Shown here piece after piece: positions 48,364 to 57,307 of a stretch of 64,000 bases of DNA (within the stretch, counting starts at the first letter, position 1; each line of letters opens with the position of its first letter). The notes beneath the pieces were generated by a model. The model saw nothing but the letters and a program-made list of their open reading frames with translations. It searched no databases and had not been told where the DNA came from. The stretch covers positions 139,405 through 203,404 of the forward strand of contig CAYYDR010000001.1 of the NCBI GenBank assembly GCA_964470695.1. The letters run 5' to 3'. Source of the stretch: an uncultured Gammaproteobacteria bacterium. GTDB taxonomy: Bacteria > Patescibacteriota > Patescibacteriia > Patescibacteriales > UBA12465. A program made the translations under genes and the position numbers.

Positions 48364-49820
48364 AAAAAAAGAGGCCGACATATAAATTATTAGTTAATCC
48401 AAATCAGGATTTATTTCGCTGGAAAGTTGACGCATATCCGTCTTTAATCTATGCCGTCTGTTGCGATATGACCAAATCGCCTTACGGTTGGCCTAAATCG
48501 GAAGGATTTTTTATCGGGCATGATTTTTATTGGTATAACAATTGGTCGGACATTTGGAGCCATGGCGATAAATATATTGATAAATATTTAAAAAAATCTC
48601 GGGGGGCCTTACCACCCAAGTGCCAGCGAAAATATGAGTTAGCTTTTCGGGACTTGCGTCAGAAGGTGGCTGAGATTTCTAAAATAGACTTCACTACTTT
48701 AAATATCGCTGACTTGCGCCGTGTTTGGTTTGGATTTTTTAAAGTTTATTCTCACTTTTGGTATATTGTCACTGATATTGAGGTTTTGAGTTATGCTACT
48801 AGCCATCGCTTGGAAAAATTAATTACTAAAAAGAATATAAATATAAGCCCCGAGGAAATTTCTCAGCTTAGCGCTTTTCCGCAGCGATCTTATATTTTAG
48901 AGGAGGAGTATGAGCTAATAAAAATCGCTATTTCTCAAAATAAAATTAGCCAGGCAGAACTATTGCGTCGCCATGCTAGTCGGTTTTCCTGGATTTTAAA
49001 CGGCTATCACGGCACTCGTCCCGCTACTATTAAATTTTTTAGTAATCGGCTACAAAAATTTGTTAAGGATAAGGAAATATTAAAACATTATCATCACTTA
49101 CAAAATTATTTTCGCGTCACTAATCGCCGGTTTGCTGCAATAGTTAAAAAATATAACTTAGACCAAGAGATAGTGAAATATGCCAGATTAGCTCAGCAGG
49201 CATCTTTTATCCAGGACAGGCGAAAAGCCTTATCATGGCAGGCGACTGATTATATAGTAGAAATGTACAAGAATTTAGCAAAATTATTGGATTTTAGCTT
49301 AGAACAATCCTTATATATTTTATGGGATGAGTTTGATATAGCCATTAGAAACAGAAAAAACATGCTAAAGGAAATTGTTGAGCGGCAAAAGGCTTGCCGT
49401 TTGCAGATTTGGTCTGATCGGACGACTATCTTAACCAAAAATACTAACAAAATATTTTCTCTTTTTGAAAAAGAATATGCCAAACCGTCAGGGCATTCTA
49501 TAAGAGGCACGGTTGCTTATCCGGGCAAAGTGACTGGCGAAATTCAGGCAGTCTTAAGCGGCCGAGAGATTAATAATTTTAAGTCTGGACGCATTTTAGT
49601 TTCTCTAATGACTTCTCCTGACTATATTTCCGCCATGAAGAAGGCTAAAGCGATTATAACTGATGACGGCGGGCTAACTTGCCACGCCGCGATTGTCGCC
49701 CGTGAACTAAAAAAGCCTTGTATTGTCGGAACGCGTAACGCGACACGCTTGCTTAGGAGCGGCGATCTGGTAGAAGTAGATGCTAATCAGGGAACAGTGA
49801 AAATAATAAAAAAGAAATAG
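48360..49820 (+). CDS. Swivel-His paralog 4
   Basis: The C-terminus is GRILVSLMTSPDYISAMKKAKAIITDDGGLTCHAAIVARELKKPCIVGTRNAT. Confidence 0.8.
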   Translation: MKKKRPTYKLLVNPNQDLFRWKVDAYPSLIYAVCCDMTKSPYGWPKSEGFFIGHDFYWYNNWSDIWSHGDKYIDKYLKKSRGALPPKCQRKYELAFRDLRQKVAEISKIDFTTLNIADLRRVWFGFFKVYSHFWYIVTDIEVLSYATSHRLEKLITKKNINISPEEISQLSAFPQRSYILEEEYELIKIAISQNKISQAELLRRHASRFSWILNGYHGTRPATIKFFSNRLQKFVKDKEILKHYHHLQNYFRVTNRRFAAIVKKYNLDQEIVKYARLAQQASFIQDRRKALSWQATDYIVEMYKNLAKLLDFSLEQSLYILWDEFDIAIRNRKNMLKEIVERQKACRLQIWSDRTTILTKNTNKIFSLFEKEYAKPSGHSIRGTVAYPGKVTGEIQAVLSGREINNFKSGRILVSLMTSPDYISAMKKAKAIITDDGGLTCHAAIVARELKKPCIVGTRNATRLLRSGDLVEVDANQGTVKIIKKK

Positions 49821-49821
49821 T

Positions 49822-51354
49822 ATGTCTTATAAAAAATACAATTGGGAAGTGGCGGCTCATGATTATAATTCCCCTTATCTGCGCAATCATCTTTGGACTA
49901 ATAGCATTTTAAAATATCCGAAGCTATTAGACGTCTCCAATCCGATTTTAGGGATAGCTTCTTATAATAATCAGATTCAGTATATTGGGGATATGGCCTC
50001 CTGGGCTAGAACGCATGAAGAATTGAAAGCTAAAATTTCTCAAGACTATAATTTATTAGATGATTTAATTAATAAAACATTAGCCTGGGGAGAATCTTTT
50101 AACCGTTGGACGGAAAAAAATATTTTTGATATTGATTTGTCCTTGTTATCAAATAAAAAATTGCTAGCTTTATTAAAAGAATTTATCTCTGGTCAAGAAG
50201 ATGGTTATACTTATGGTACGGCTTTACCGACTTTAGATTTTTTGGATTTTTCTTTTGTAGAAGGGAACCTCAACCGGTTTTTAAAAGCCAAATTACCAGA
50301 GAGTAAATTGGCTGGTTGTTATGCCGTTTTTACCGCCCCGATCCATAATTCTTTCGCTCAAGATCAAGAAGAAGGTTTGTTGAATTTAATGGTCAGCTAT
50401 TATTCCGATAAACAGTGGCGGCGTGATGTTTTGAATAAGGATCTAGTGGCATTAAAGAATAAATATCCTAAATTTTTTAAACAATTATTGAAGCATACAG
50501 AAAAATACGCTTGGGTTTATTATGTATATATGGGACCAGCTTTTAGTATTGAGGATTTTTATGGATTTGTGAAAGACTATTTGAGGAAGAGAATTAATCC
50601 GGCTAGTAAGTTATTAGAATTGAAGAAAAATAAAAAGATTTTAGAAGTAGCTAAGAGTAAATATTTAAAGGAATTAAAGCCCAGTGGCTTAGACGCTTTT
50701 ATTTTGCGTATTGCTGGTAAGGTGGTTTGGGCTAAGCCGCGCCGCAAGGATTATCAGAGTAAATCATACTATCATTTAGAAAAGCTTTTAAAAGAGATTG
50801 CTAATCGTTTGTTTATTTCTCTGGATCAAGTTAGGTCATTGCCGACCGAAACTATTGCTAAAGCCCTGGCCGGAAAAAAAGTTGATTTAGCTGTGGCCAA
50901 TGAAATCAAAAAAATACATGTCTGTCTGCCAGCCGGAAAAAAGGTAGTTGATTTATTTGGTAAAGAGGCTAAATACTTTTGTAATAGTGTTTTAAAAAAG
51001 TCAAAACAAGTAATAAAAAATAAGCCAAGCGAACTGCGCGGTGCTAGTGCTTGCCCTGGACATGCAATAGGCCTGGCTAAGATAATTAATGTTCCATCGG
51101 AGATGGGTAAAATGGAGTATGGCGATATTTTAGTTTCATCGGGCACGACTCCTAGCATAGTGCCGGCCATGAAGAAGGCGGCCGCAATTATAACGGACGA
51201 AGGGGGACTAACTTGCCACGCTTCAATCGTCTCCCGAGAATTAAATATACCATGCGTAGTCGCCCTTAAAATAATAACTCAGATTGTCCAAGACGGTGAT
51301 CAGTTAGAGGTGGACGCTACGAAGGGAATAGTGAAAATTATAAAACGAGCTTAG
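49822..51354 (+). CDS. Swivel-His paralog 5
   Basis: The C-terminus is GDILVSSGTTPSIVPAMKKAAAIITDEGGLTCHASIVSRELNIPCVV. Confidence 0.8.
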   Translation: MSYKKYNWEVAAHDYNSPYLRNHLWTNSILKYPKLLDVSNPILGIASYNNQIQYIGDMASWARTHEELKAKISQDYNLLDDLINKTLAWGESFNRWTEKNIFDIDLSLLSNKKLLALLKEFISGQEDGYTYGTALPTLDFLDFSFVEGNLNRFLKAKLPESKLAGCYAVFTAPIHNSFAQDQEEGLLNLMVSYYSDKQWRRDVLNKDLVALKNKYPKFFKQLLKHTEKYAWVYYVYMGPAFSIEDFYGFVKDYLRKRINPASKLLELKKNKKILEVAKSKYLKELKPSGLDAFILRIAGKVVWAKPRRKDYQSKSYYHLEKLLKEIANRLFISLDQVRSLPTETIAKALAGKKVDLAVANEIKKIHVCLPAGKKVVDLFGKEAKYFCNSVLKKSKQVIKNKPSELRGASACPGHAIGLAKIINVPSEMGKMEYGDILVSSGTTPSIVPAMKKAAAIITDEGGLTCHASIVSRELNIPCVVALKIITQIVQDGDQLEVDATKGIVKIIKRA

Positions 51355-51388
51355 AGTAGCAAAAATATTTTATTAATTTATTAATAAT

Positions 51389-52972
51389 ATGTTGAAAAAT
51401 TCAACTAATTTAAAAAGATCTAGAAAGTTTCCTGAATTAGTTTGCGTTGAGGAAATGTTAAATTATTTTCCCGCCATGGTTACTCTGGCCTGGAATACTT
51501 ATTTAGCTAACCAATTTTTTGCTAAGCTGGGAGTGCGCAAAAATTTTTCTTGTCTAATGTCTACTTATAAAGATGGTTTGTGCCAATTAATTGTTCCCAA
51601 ACAGGAATTTTATGAAATAGGTGTCAATATATTGGATAAAGTTAAGGAAAATCCCGTCTGGGGCCAGCAATATATTAATGGACTTAAACAACAAGAAGAA
51701 AGACTTTATCGGGCTTCTTATGATTTAAGTAAATTAAATTTAAAACAATTTACCGATAAAGAACTTTTTCGTATTTATAACGATTATTATAAAATTTATG
51801 GTGAACTACATATCTATCATTGGGTGCAAACGGCTTTAGATTTTGACGAAAATATTTTTTCTAAGTACTTAATGAATTATTTAAAAAGTAAAATTAAGCT
51901 AACGGCCTATTCTCTGGGTGATGTTTTTTCGGTTTTAACCACGCCGACTAAAGAGGCCAAGCCGACCGAGGAGTATCGTGATCTGCTAGTAATTCTTAAA
52001 AATATTTTAACTAACCGCAAATTAAAACAATATTTTATTTCTACCGAAACTAGGTTGATTGTTCAAAATTTAGCCAAAATAGATAGCAAAGTTGCTAGGC
52101 AGATAACTAAGCATGCTAAAGAATTTGGTTTCTTGGGTTATGGTACGGCGGGACCATCCTGGGATGAGGCTTATTTCATTGATCTTTTAAGCAGTCTAGC
52201 GAGGCAGCAATCAGACCCCGATAAATTATTGGCTGATATGGCTGATAACCGTCGTCAGACTGAAGCTAGACAGAAGAGTTTAGTTAAAGAGCTGGCAATA
52301 GACTCTAAACATATCCATATTTTTGAATTCGCCAGAGATTTAGTTTTTTCTAAAGGAACCAGAAAAGATTCTATGTTCCATAGCTATTCCATAATTGAGA
52401 ATCTTTATAAAGAAATAGGCCGGCGCCATTATTTATCATTAAGGCAGGTTCGTTATTTACATCCCCATGAAATAAAAAAAATATTAGTTGATAATAAATT
52501 TTCAACTGCCGTACTTAGCGAACGTTATAAATTTAGCGTAAATTTTTCTACTGGCAAATTTGAAGATGACCTTAATTTAGTTGGAGATAAGGCCAGGGAT
52601 TTTATTTCTTCGTTAAATATAATCCAAGAAGATATTGATAATGTAAAGATTTTGTATGGCGACTGTGCTTCACCGGGCCGAGTGAGGGGGGAAGTTAAGA
52701 TTATTAATGTTCCTAAGGATATGGTCAAAATGAATAAGGGCGATATTCTAGTTTCTTTTGCTACTACTCCCGACTTGGTGCCAGCTATTAAAAAAGCGGC
52801 GGCTATTATTACCGACGCCGGAGGTATTACCTGCCATGCCGCTATTATTTCTCGTGAGCTAGGAGTGCCCTGTGTGGTCGGCACAAAAATTGCCACCAAG
52901 GTTCTTCATGACCATGACATAGTTGACGTTAACGCCGCTCACGGCAAGGTTGATATTATTAAAAAAGTTTAA
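51389..52972 (+). CDS. Swivel-His paralog 6
   Basis: The C-terminus is GDILVSFATTPDLVPAIKKAAAIITDAGGITCHAAIISRELGVPCVVGTKIAT. Confidence 0.8.
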   Translation: MLKNSTNLKRSRKFPELVCVEEMLNYFPAMVTLAWNTYLANQFFAKLGVRKNFSCLMSTYKDGLCQLIVPKQEFYEIGVNILDKVKENPVWGQQYINGLKQQEERLYRASYDLSKLNLKQFTDKELFRIYNDYYKIYGELHIYHWVQTALDFDENIFSKYLMNYLKSKIKLTAYSLGDVFSVLTTPTKEAKPTEEYRDLLVILKNILTNRKLKQYFISTETRLIVQNLAKIDSKVARQITKHAKEFGFLGYGTAGPSWDEAYFIDLLSSLARQQSDPDKLLADMADNRRQTEARQKSLVKELAIDSKHIHIFEFARDLVFSKGTRKDSMFHSYSIIENLYKEIGRRHYLSLRQVRYLHPHEIKKILVDNKFSTAVLSERYKFSVNFSTGKFEDDLNLVGDKARDFISSLNIIQEDIDNVKILYGDCASPGRVRGEVKIINVPKDMVKMNKGDILVSFATTPDLVPAIKKAAAIITDAGGITCHAAIISRELGVPCVVGTKIATKVLHDHDIVDVNAAHGKVDIIKKV

Positions 52973-52975
52973 AGT

Positions 52976-53587
52976 ATGGAAAAAAGCAGAAAAATAAAAT
53001 TAATTATAATTGATTTGTACGGCATCATGACTTTTGGTAGCTATAAAGATACTTGCCAGTGGCTATGTCAGAAGTATGGGTTTAGTTATGAAAAATGTTA
53101 CAAAATAGTTTATCATAAGTATTTTTGCCAGGCAGCCGCCCGCTTGATATCTGAGAGGCAATCTTTTTCACTAACCGCTAAGGAGTTAGGCATCAAAGAA
53201 ACTGGCAAAAACCTGCGCGCTAAACACCTATCTTATCATATTTTGAACCGCCCGATGTTTAAGTGGGCCTTAGATAGAAAAAAGGAGGGCTATAAAATAT
53301 TATTATTATCAAAAAACACTCCAGGACAGTTTAGCCATTTTATAAATAAGTATAAGTTAAGAAAATATTTTACTGTTATTAATACTTATTATCTAAATAT
53401 TGATAAAAGATCTCCGAGAATGGCTAGGTATGTTTTGAAAAAATATAAATTAAAGCCGGCCGAGGTTTTAATGGCCGATGATCAAGACTTTAATCTTAGC
53501 TATCCCGCCAAGATTGGCATGTCTACTATTTTATATAAAGATTTTTTAAGCTTTAAGAGAAGGGCTAAATTAATACTTGCTAATTAA
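52976..53587 (+). CDS. HAD-superfamily hydrolase-like protein (DxYG variant of motif I)
   Basis: Motif I reads LIIIDLYGIMT (nucleophile Asp present, Asp+2 replaced by Tyr). LLLSKNTP is a candidate motif II, and the C-terminal VLMADDQDFNL is a candidate motif IV. Confidence 0.5.
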   Translation: MEKSRKIKLIIIDLYGIMTFGSYKDTCQWLCQKYGFSYEKCYKIVYHKYFCQAAARLISERQSFSLTAKELGIKETGKNLRAKHLSYHILNRPMFKWALDRKKEGYKILLLSKNTPGQFSHFINKYKLRKYFTVINTYYLNIDKRSPRMARYVLKKYKLKPAEVLMADDQDFNLSYPAKIGMSTILYKDFLSFKRRAKLILAN

Positions 53588-53626
53588 TAATTAAAGCCCC
53601 TGTTTAAATTTGGGGCTAATAAATTT

Positions 53627-54493
53627 ATGGGTTTATTTAATTTCAACAAATTAGAGAGACCGGCGGAAAAAGAAGATTTTGGCTCTAGTATTAAAGCCGT
53701 TTTAGAATTTAAAAGACATCAGGACCCGGGTAAGACTCCTGAGGGCATGAGTGCTGATTTTTTAACTGAAAAAGGACGAAATGCCTCTGTCAGCGACGGC
53801 CAGAAAGTAGAAGAAAAAACAGCAAAAGGCTATGCTTCGCCTAAGTTAAGGGCGCAAGAGACTGTTGATTTAATGCTACAGAATGTTGATGATGATGTCA
53901 GAGTAATCAATAAAACCTTGGAATCTTTAAAAGGGGCTAGGGCAGAGAAATTGGTTAATAACCAGAGAGAGGGCAATGAGTTTAATATCAGAACCAGAAA
54001 AGAATTAGACGCCACTGCTAATTTTGCCAAGATTATGCCTTTGGCTAGCGCTTGGGCCGATGAGCAAATTAAAACAGGCGCTAAATTGGATAAGTATTCC
54101 TTAATAGTCCAGTGGTATTTAGATAATCCAGAAATATGTAAGGAAAACGGAGTCTTGGGAGGGCATGAGACAGCCACAGAAATTTCCGAAAGAGTTGCTG
54201 TTGAATTAAAAATGACCGAAAGATTTTATAATGGCAGCGAGGTGCGTCTAGTAAATGTGACTCATGGTCCGAAGATCGAGCCTTTCTTACAGGAGATTGT
54301 TGGGTTCAAAAATTTAGAAGAAATTGGAGGAGCTTTACAACCGGGGGAAAGTATCAGTTTCGCGGTTAGCATTGATGAAAAAAAGAAAAAATCAGTTATG
54401 TTATTATTTAGGGGTAAAGAATATTTGGTTGACGAATCAAAAATTAGAGATTTAGCCCAGGAGTATAGAGATAGAATAGAAGGGAGGAAATAA
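53627..54493 (+). CDS. Divergent histidine-phosphatase-superfamily-like protein
   Basis: FKRHQD (RHG-like), YASPKLRAQETVDLM (SPxxRAxxT-like) and VTHGPKIEPFL (second His) occur in the expected order. The similarity is weak and judged by eye. Confidence 0.4.
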   Translation: MGLFNFNKLERPAEKEDFGSSIKAVLEFKRHQDPGKTPEGMSADFLTEKGRNASVSDGQKVEEKTAKGYASPKLRAQETVDLMLQNVDDDVRVINKTLESLKGARAEKLVNNQREGNEFNIRTRKELDATANFAKIMPLASAWADEQIKTGAKLDKYSLIVQWYLDNPEICKENGVLGGHETATEISERVAVELKMTERFYNGSEVRLVNVTHGPKIEPFLQEIVGFKNLEEIGGALQPGESISFAVSIDEKKKKSVMLLFRGKEYLVDESKIRDLAQEYRDRIEGRK

Positions 54494-54514
54494 AAACTTG
54501 ATTTCAGGAATTAT

Positions 54515-54545
54515 AAAAGGGATACTGAATTGTATCCCCTTTTTG
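54515..54545. terminator. Bidirectional rho-independent terminator between convergent genes
   Basis: Stem GGGATAC (54519-54525) pairs with GTATCCC (54532-54538). It is flanked by AAAA upstream and a T-run (54540-54544) downstream. Confidence 0.7.
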
Positions 54546-54578
54546 TTATCTTTCAATAACTTTTTACTAGTTGAACAT

Positions 54579-55184
54579 TTAACCTAGCAGACCGGTTACG
54601 TGAATTATGTCATCATTATCCTGTGAAAATTCAACGCCCTGTAGTTCTTTCAGGGAAAGGCTTTCTGGTATGCCAAATGATTTATTGCGGAAGAAGCTAT
54701 CCTTAGCATCAACGTAGATCGCTAAGAGTTCTATCATCGGCGTGTGGCCGATAGTAATATCAACATCGTTATCTTTTATTACTTCAAATATTGCTTGCAG
54801 GGCACTGAATTGGTCTTCCTGGATGCTTTCTAATAACTTTGGTTCTAGCGAACATAGAGCTGAATACCAGCCGGATATTTTTACTTCCGCCATTAAAGCT
54901 TCGTTGCTTACCATTTTATTAAATAGTTCAGCATTACCAAATCTTTTTTCTGGCGCTAATATCTGAGCCGGGATGAAGCCGTTTTTTTCCATATAGGCCT
55001 GGAAGGCTTCAATTGTTTGTTGGGTTCTTACTAGTTCGCTGCCTAAGCCGATAACGATTTCTTGACCAGGCTGCAAAAATCCGTTGAGACCATTTATGCC
55101 ATTATTTTGGATTTCAGTTAATTGATCAGCGGCGATTAGTTCGCCATCTTTTCTTCCGTGACGGATAAATGTTACTTTTTTCAT
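54579..55184 (-). CDS. Histidine phosphatase (phosphoglycerate-mutase-like) family protein
   Basis: VTFIRHGRKDG (RHG motif), LVRTQQTIEAF and TIGHTPMIELL are present. A GGGAG Shine-Dalgarno lies upstream on the minus strand. Confidence 0.6.
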   Translation of the reverse strand: MKKVTFIRHGRKDGELIAADQLTEIQNNGINGLNGFLQPGQEIVIGLGSELVRTQQTIEAFQAYMEKNGFIPAQILAPEKRFGNAELFNKMVSNEALMAEVKISGWYSALCSLEPKLLESIQEDQFSALQAIFEVIKDNDVDITIGHTPMIELLAIYVDAKDSFFRNKSFGIPESLSLKELQGVEFSQDNDDIIHVTGLLG

Positions 55185-55253
55185 TACCTACTCCCATCTG
55201 TTTGGTGATTGATTTGTTTAGGTACTACTAGCTACTAAGTTAATTGTACCCAT

Positions 55254-55282
55254 ATAATAGCATACTATAATATATTTGTCAA
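55254..55282 (-). promoter_or_regulatory. Near-consensus promoter (TTGACA-17-TGcTATTAT) for the minus-strand histidine phosphatase gene
   Basis: On the minus strand, TTGACA lies at 55282-55277, followed by a 17-nt spacer and TATTAT at 55259-55254 preceded by TGc. Confidence 0.6.
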
Positions 55283-55336
55283 GTATTTGTTAAAAAATCG
55301 TAAAAAGACCTTTATAATTAACAATTATCTGACATA

Positions 55337-55364
55337 TTGACAAAAAATGAGTATATGGTATTAT
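55337..55364 (+). promoter_or_regulatory. Near-consensus promoter (TTGACA-16-TGgTATTAT) for wHTH-swivel paralog 7 and the ATP-grasp gene
   Basis: TTGACA lies at 55337-55342, followed by a 16-nt spacer, TGg at 55356-55358 and TATTAT at 55359-55364. The ATG is at 55404. Confidence 0.6.
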
Positions 55365-55374
55365 TGTTTTATAA

Positions 55375-55388
55375 ACAATTAATATTGT
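55375..55388. promoter_or_regulatory. Inverted repeat ACAAT-N4-ATTGT between the promoter and the paralog-7 start (candidate operator)
   Basis: ACAAT at 55375-55379 and ATTGT at 55384-55388. A related AACAATTA word also occurs at ~55320. The AT-rich context makes a chance occurrence plausible. Confidence 0.25.
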
Positions 55389-55403
55389 CTAATAAACAAA
55401 TTT

Positions 55404-57284
55404 ATGAAAGAGCTTTTTAAGTCTAAAACCTCCTTTGAAATCCTATCTATCTTAGGAGCTAGACCATCAGACGGCCTATCATTACAAGAAATTAAGTCCC
55501 AAATAAAGAAAGACGCCGGTAATATTCTAAGGGAACTAAATAAGCTTATTAAACAGGGCCTCGTTATTTCTACTACTAAAAATCGTAAAAAGATTTACGG
55601 ATTTAATAACAATTATGAGGCAGCCTCGGAGCTTATAAAATTACTCCAGAAAAGCAATAACTCAGAGATCGCAAATAGATTTGATAGAGAATGGCTATTA
55701 GCCGAAGAAATCATTAATGCCAATCCCTGGTTCATGGCTATTCCGTTTTATTGTTTTACGAATCAATTCGCTTCGCCCGGCGGCCGAGCTTATAAACATC
55801 AAGCTTGTATTTACCAAGATTACCATCTCTGGTTTTATTTTGATAAGCAGGACGCCTATGAAGTTGGCGAGCATTTAGTTGATAAGTTTGAGTCCGATAT
55901 TGATTTTATGGAAGAAGTAAATTCAAAAATTAGATTTTTTGCCGATAAATTAGTAGAAACGGTTGAGCAAATTCCCGAGACAGGTTTAGATAAACTAAGC
56001 GCTGAAAATATCTGGGCCTATTATCAGGCTCATGAGAATATCCATCAGGAATATTACCAATGGGGTTGGATCCCAGTTGCCGCTGATATGTTTGGCGATA
56101 ATTTAACTAATAGAGGTAAGAAAATTATTAAAAATCTTGGTGTTGCTAGTGATAAGATTGAGGAATATTTAGCCTTACTAACCCAGCCGGAGAAAGACTC
56201 TATGCTAAAAGAAGAGGCGGATAGTCTTTTGCGGATCGGCCTAAAAGTACAGGCTGATTCTAGCCAATTCGCTATTTTAAAAGAGTTGTTCCGGAAATTT
56301 AAAGAAGAAGATGTTAAATTTTTTGGCCTTTATACTCATAGCGAAGAATATGAAACTAAGTTTGCTGAAACCGTTAAATCTTTAACCAAGAAAATTCGTC
56401 CTGATATTCTTAACGATTTGCAGGCTCATTATGCTAAATATTTTTATACAAAATTTATTTATACCGAAGAGCAGGGGGTCTATAGTTTTGAGCATTATTT
56501 AAAGGAGCTCGTTAGGTTAGTTAATAGTGATCATGATTTGTCCGCTACCTATAATAATCAAGAAAAGGGAGCGTCAGCTATTATGGCTAAACGGCAAGAA
56601 TTAATAAAAAATTTATCTTTATCGCCGAAATTAATTCGTTTTTTTAGTGCTTGGGGTGATTTTATGGTCACTAAGATTTATCGCCGTTATGCTCAGTTAT
56701 TTGCTCTGTATAAAACTACTTATATTTTAGAGGAAATAGCGGCTAGAATTGGATTAACCATTAAAGAGGTGCGATTTATGACTTCCCTGGAGATTAAACG
56801 GGCTTTATTAGAAAATAAAGTAGACCGGGAAGAAATAAAAGCTAGAGTAAAATATAGTTTATACTATACGGCCAAAGATACGGAAGTGTATTATAGCGGT
56901 TCAAAAGCTAAAGCAATTGTTGATCATTATATTCAAAAAGAAGAACTAGCAGAAGTTAAAGAATTAAAAGGCCAATGCGGTTGCCGCGGCCATGCCCAGG
57001 GCCCAGTTAAAATAATTAATGTTGTTAAGGACATGGCTAAGATGGAACAGGGCGATATTTTAGTTTCTATTTCCACTCAGCCCGACTTGTTGCCGGCCAT
57101 GAAAAAAGCAGCCGCCTTCGTGACTGATCAGGGCGGGGTTACTTCTCATGCCGCTATTGTCGCCAGAGAAATGAACATGCCCTGCGTTATTGCTACTAAG
57201 ACGGCTACTAAGGTTCTTAGGGATGGCGATTTAGTGGAAGTTGACGCAGATAAAGGGATTGTAAAAATACTAAAAAAGGCCTAA
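55404..57284 (+). CDS. Swivel-His paralog 7 with an extra N-terminal winged-helix-turn-helix domain
   Basis: The N-terminus FEILSILGARPSDGLSLQEIKSQIKKDAGNILRELNKLIKQGLVISTTKNRKKIYGF has the ArsR/MarR-like wHTH pattern. The C-terminus is GDILVSISTQPDLLPAMKKAAAFVTDQGGVTSHAAIVAREMNMPCVIATKTAT. Confidence 0.75.
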   Translation: MKELFKSKTSFEILSILGARPSDGLSLQEIKSQIKKDAGNILRELNKLIKQGLVISTTKNRKKIYGFNNNYEAASELIKLLQKSNNSEIANRFDREWLLAEEIINANPWFMAIPFYCFTNQFASPGGRAYKHQACIYQDYHLWFYFDKQDAYEVGEHLVDKFESDIDFMEEVNSKIRFFADKLVETVEQIPETGLDKLSAENIWAYYQAHENIHQEYYQWGWIPVAADMFGDNLTNRGKKIIKNLGVASDKIEEYLALLTQPEKDSMLKEEADSLLRIGLKVQADSSQFAILKELFRKFKEEDVKFFGLYTHSEEYETKFAETVKSLTKKIRPDILNDLQAHYAKYFYTKFIYTEEQGVYSFEHYLKELVRLVNSDHDLSATYNNQEKGASAIMAKRQELIKNLSLSPKLIRFFSAWGDFMVTKIYRRYAQLFALYKTTYILEEIAARIGLTIKEVRFMTSLEIKRALLENKVDREEIKARVKYSLYYTAKDTEVYYSGSKAKAIVDHYIQKEELAEVKELKGQCGCRGHAQGPVKIINVVKDMAKMEQGDILVSISTQPDLLPAMKKAAAFVTDQGGVTSHAAIVAREMNMPCVIATKTATKVLRDGDLVEVDADKGIVKILKKA

Positions 57285-57307
57285 AATTAAGATATAATTA
57301 CAATTTT

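Noticed and set aside
41809-52899. Assorted short internal or antisense ORFs in the track (41809-42021, 44350-44544, 44632-44826, 45685-45900, 45699-46070, 47451-47645, 47530-47724, 49250-49510, 50826-51170, 52525-52899)
   Set aside because: All are nested in or antisense to longer ORFs with strong family motifs. Several simply mirror the conserved swivel-domain coding block, which explains their recurrence.
43283-57284. The ~1.5-kb periodic recurrence of a similar sequence, considered as a CRISPR-like or mobile-element repeat
   Set aside because: The recurrence is the conserved 3' coding module of seven protein paralogs. The units are full-length ORFs, not short repeat-spacer units. No cas, transposase or terminal inverted repeats are present.
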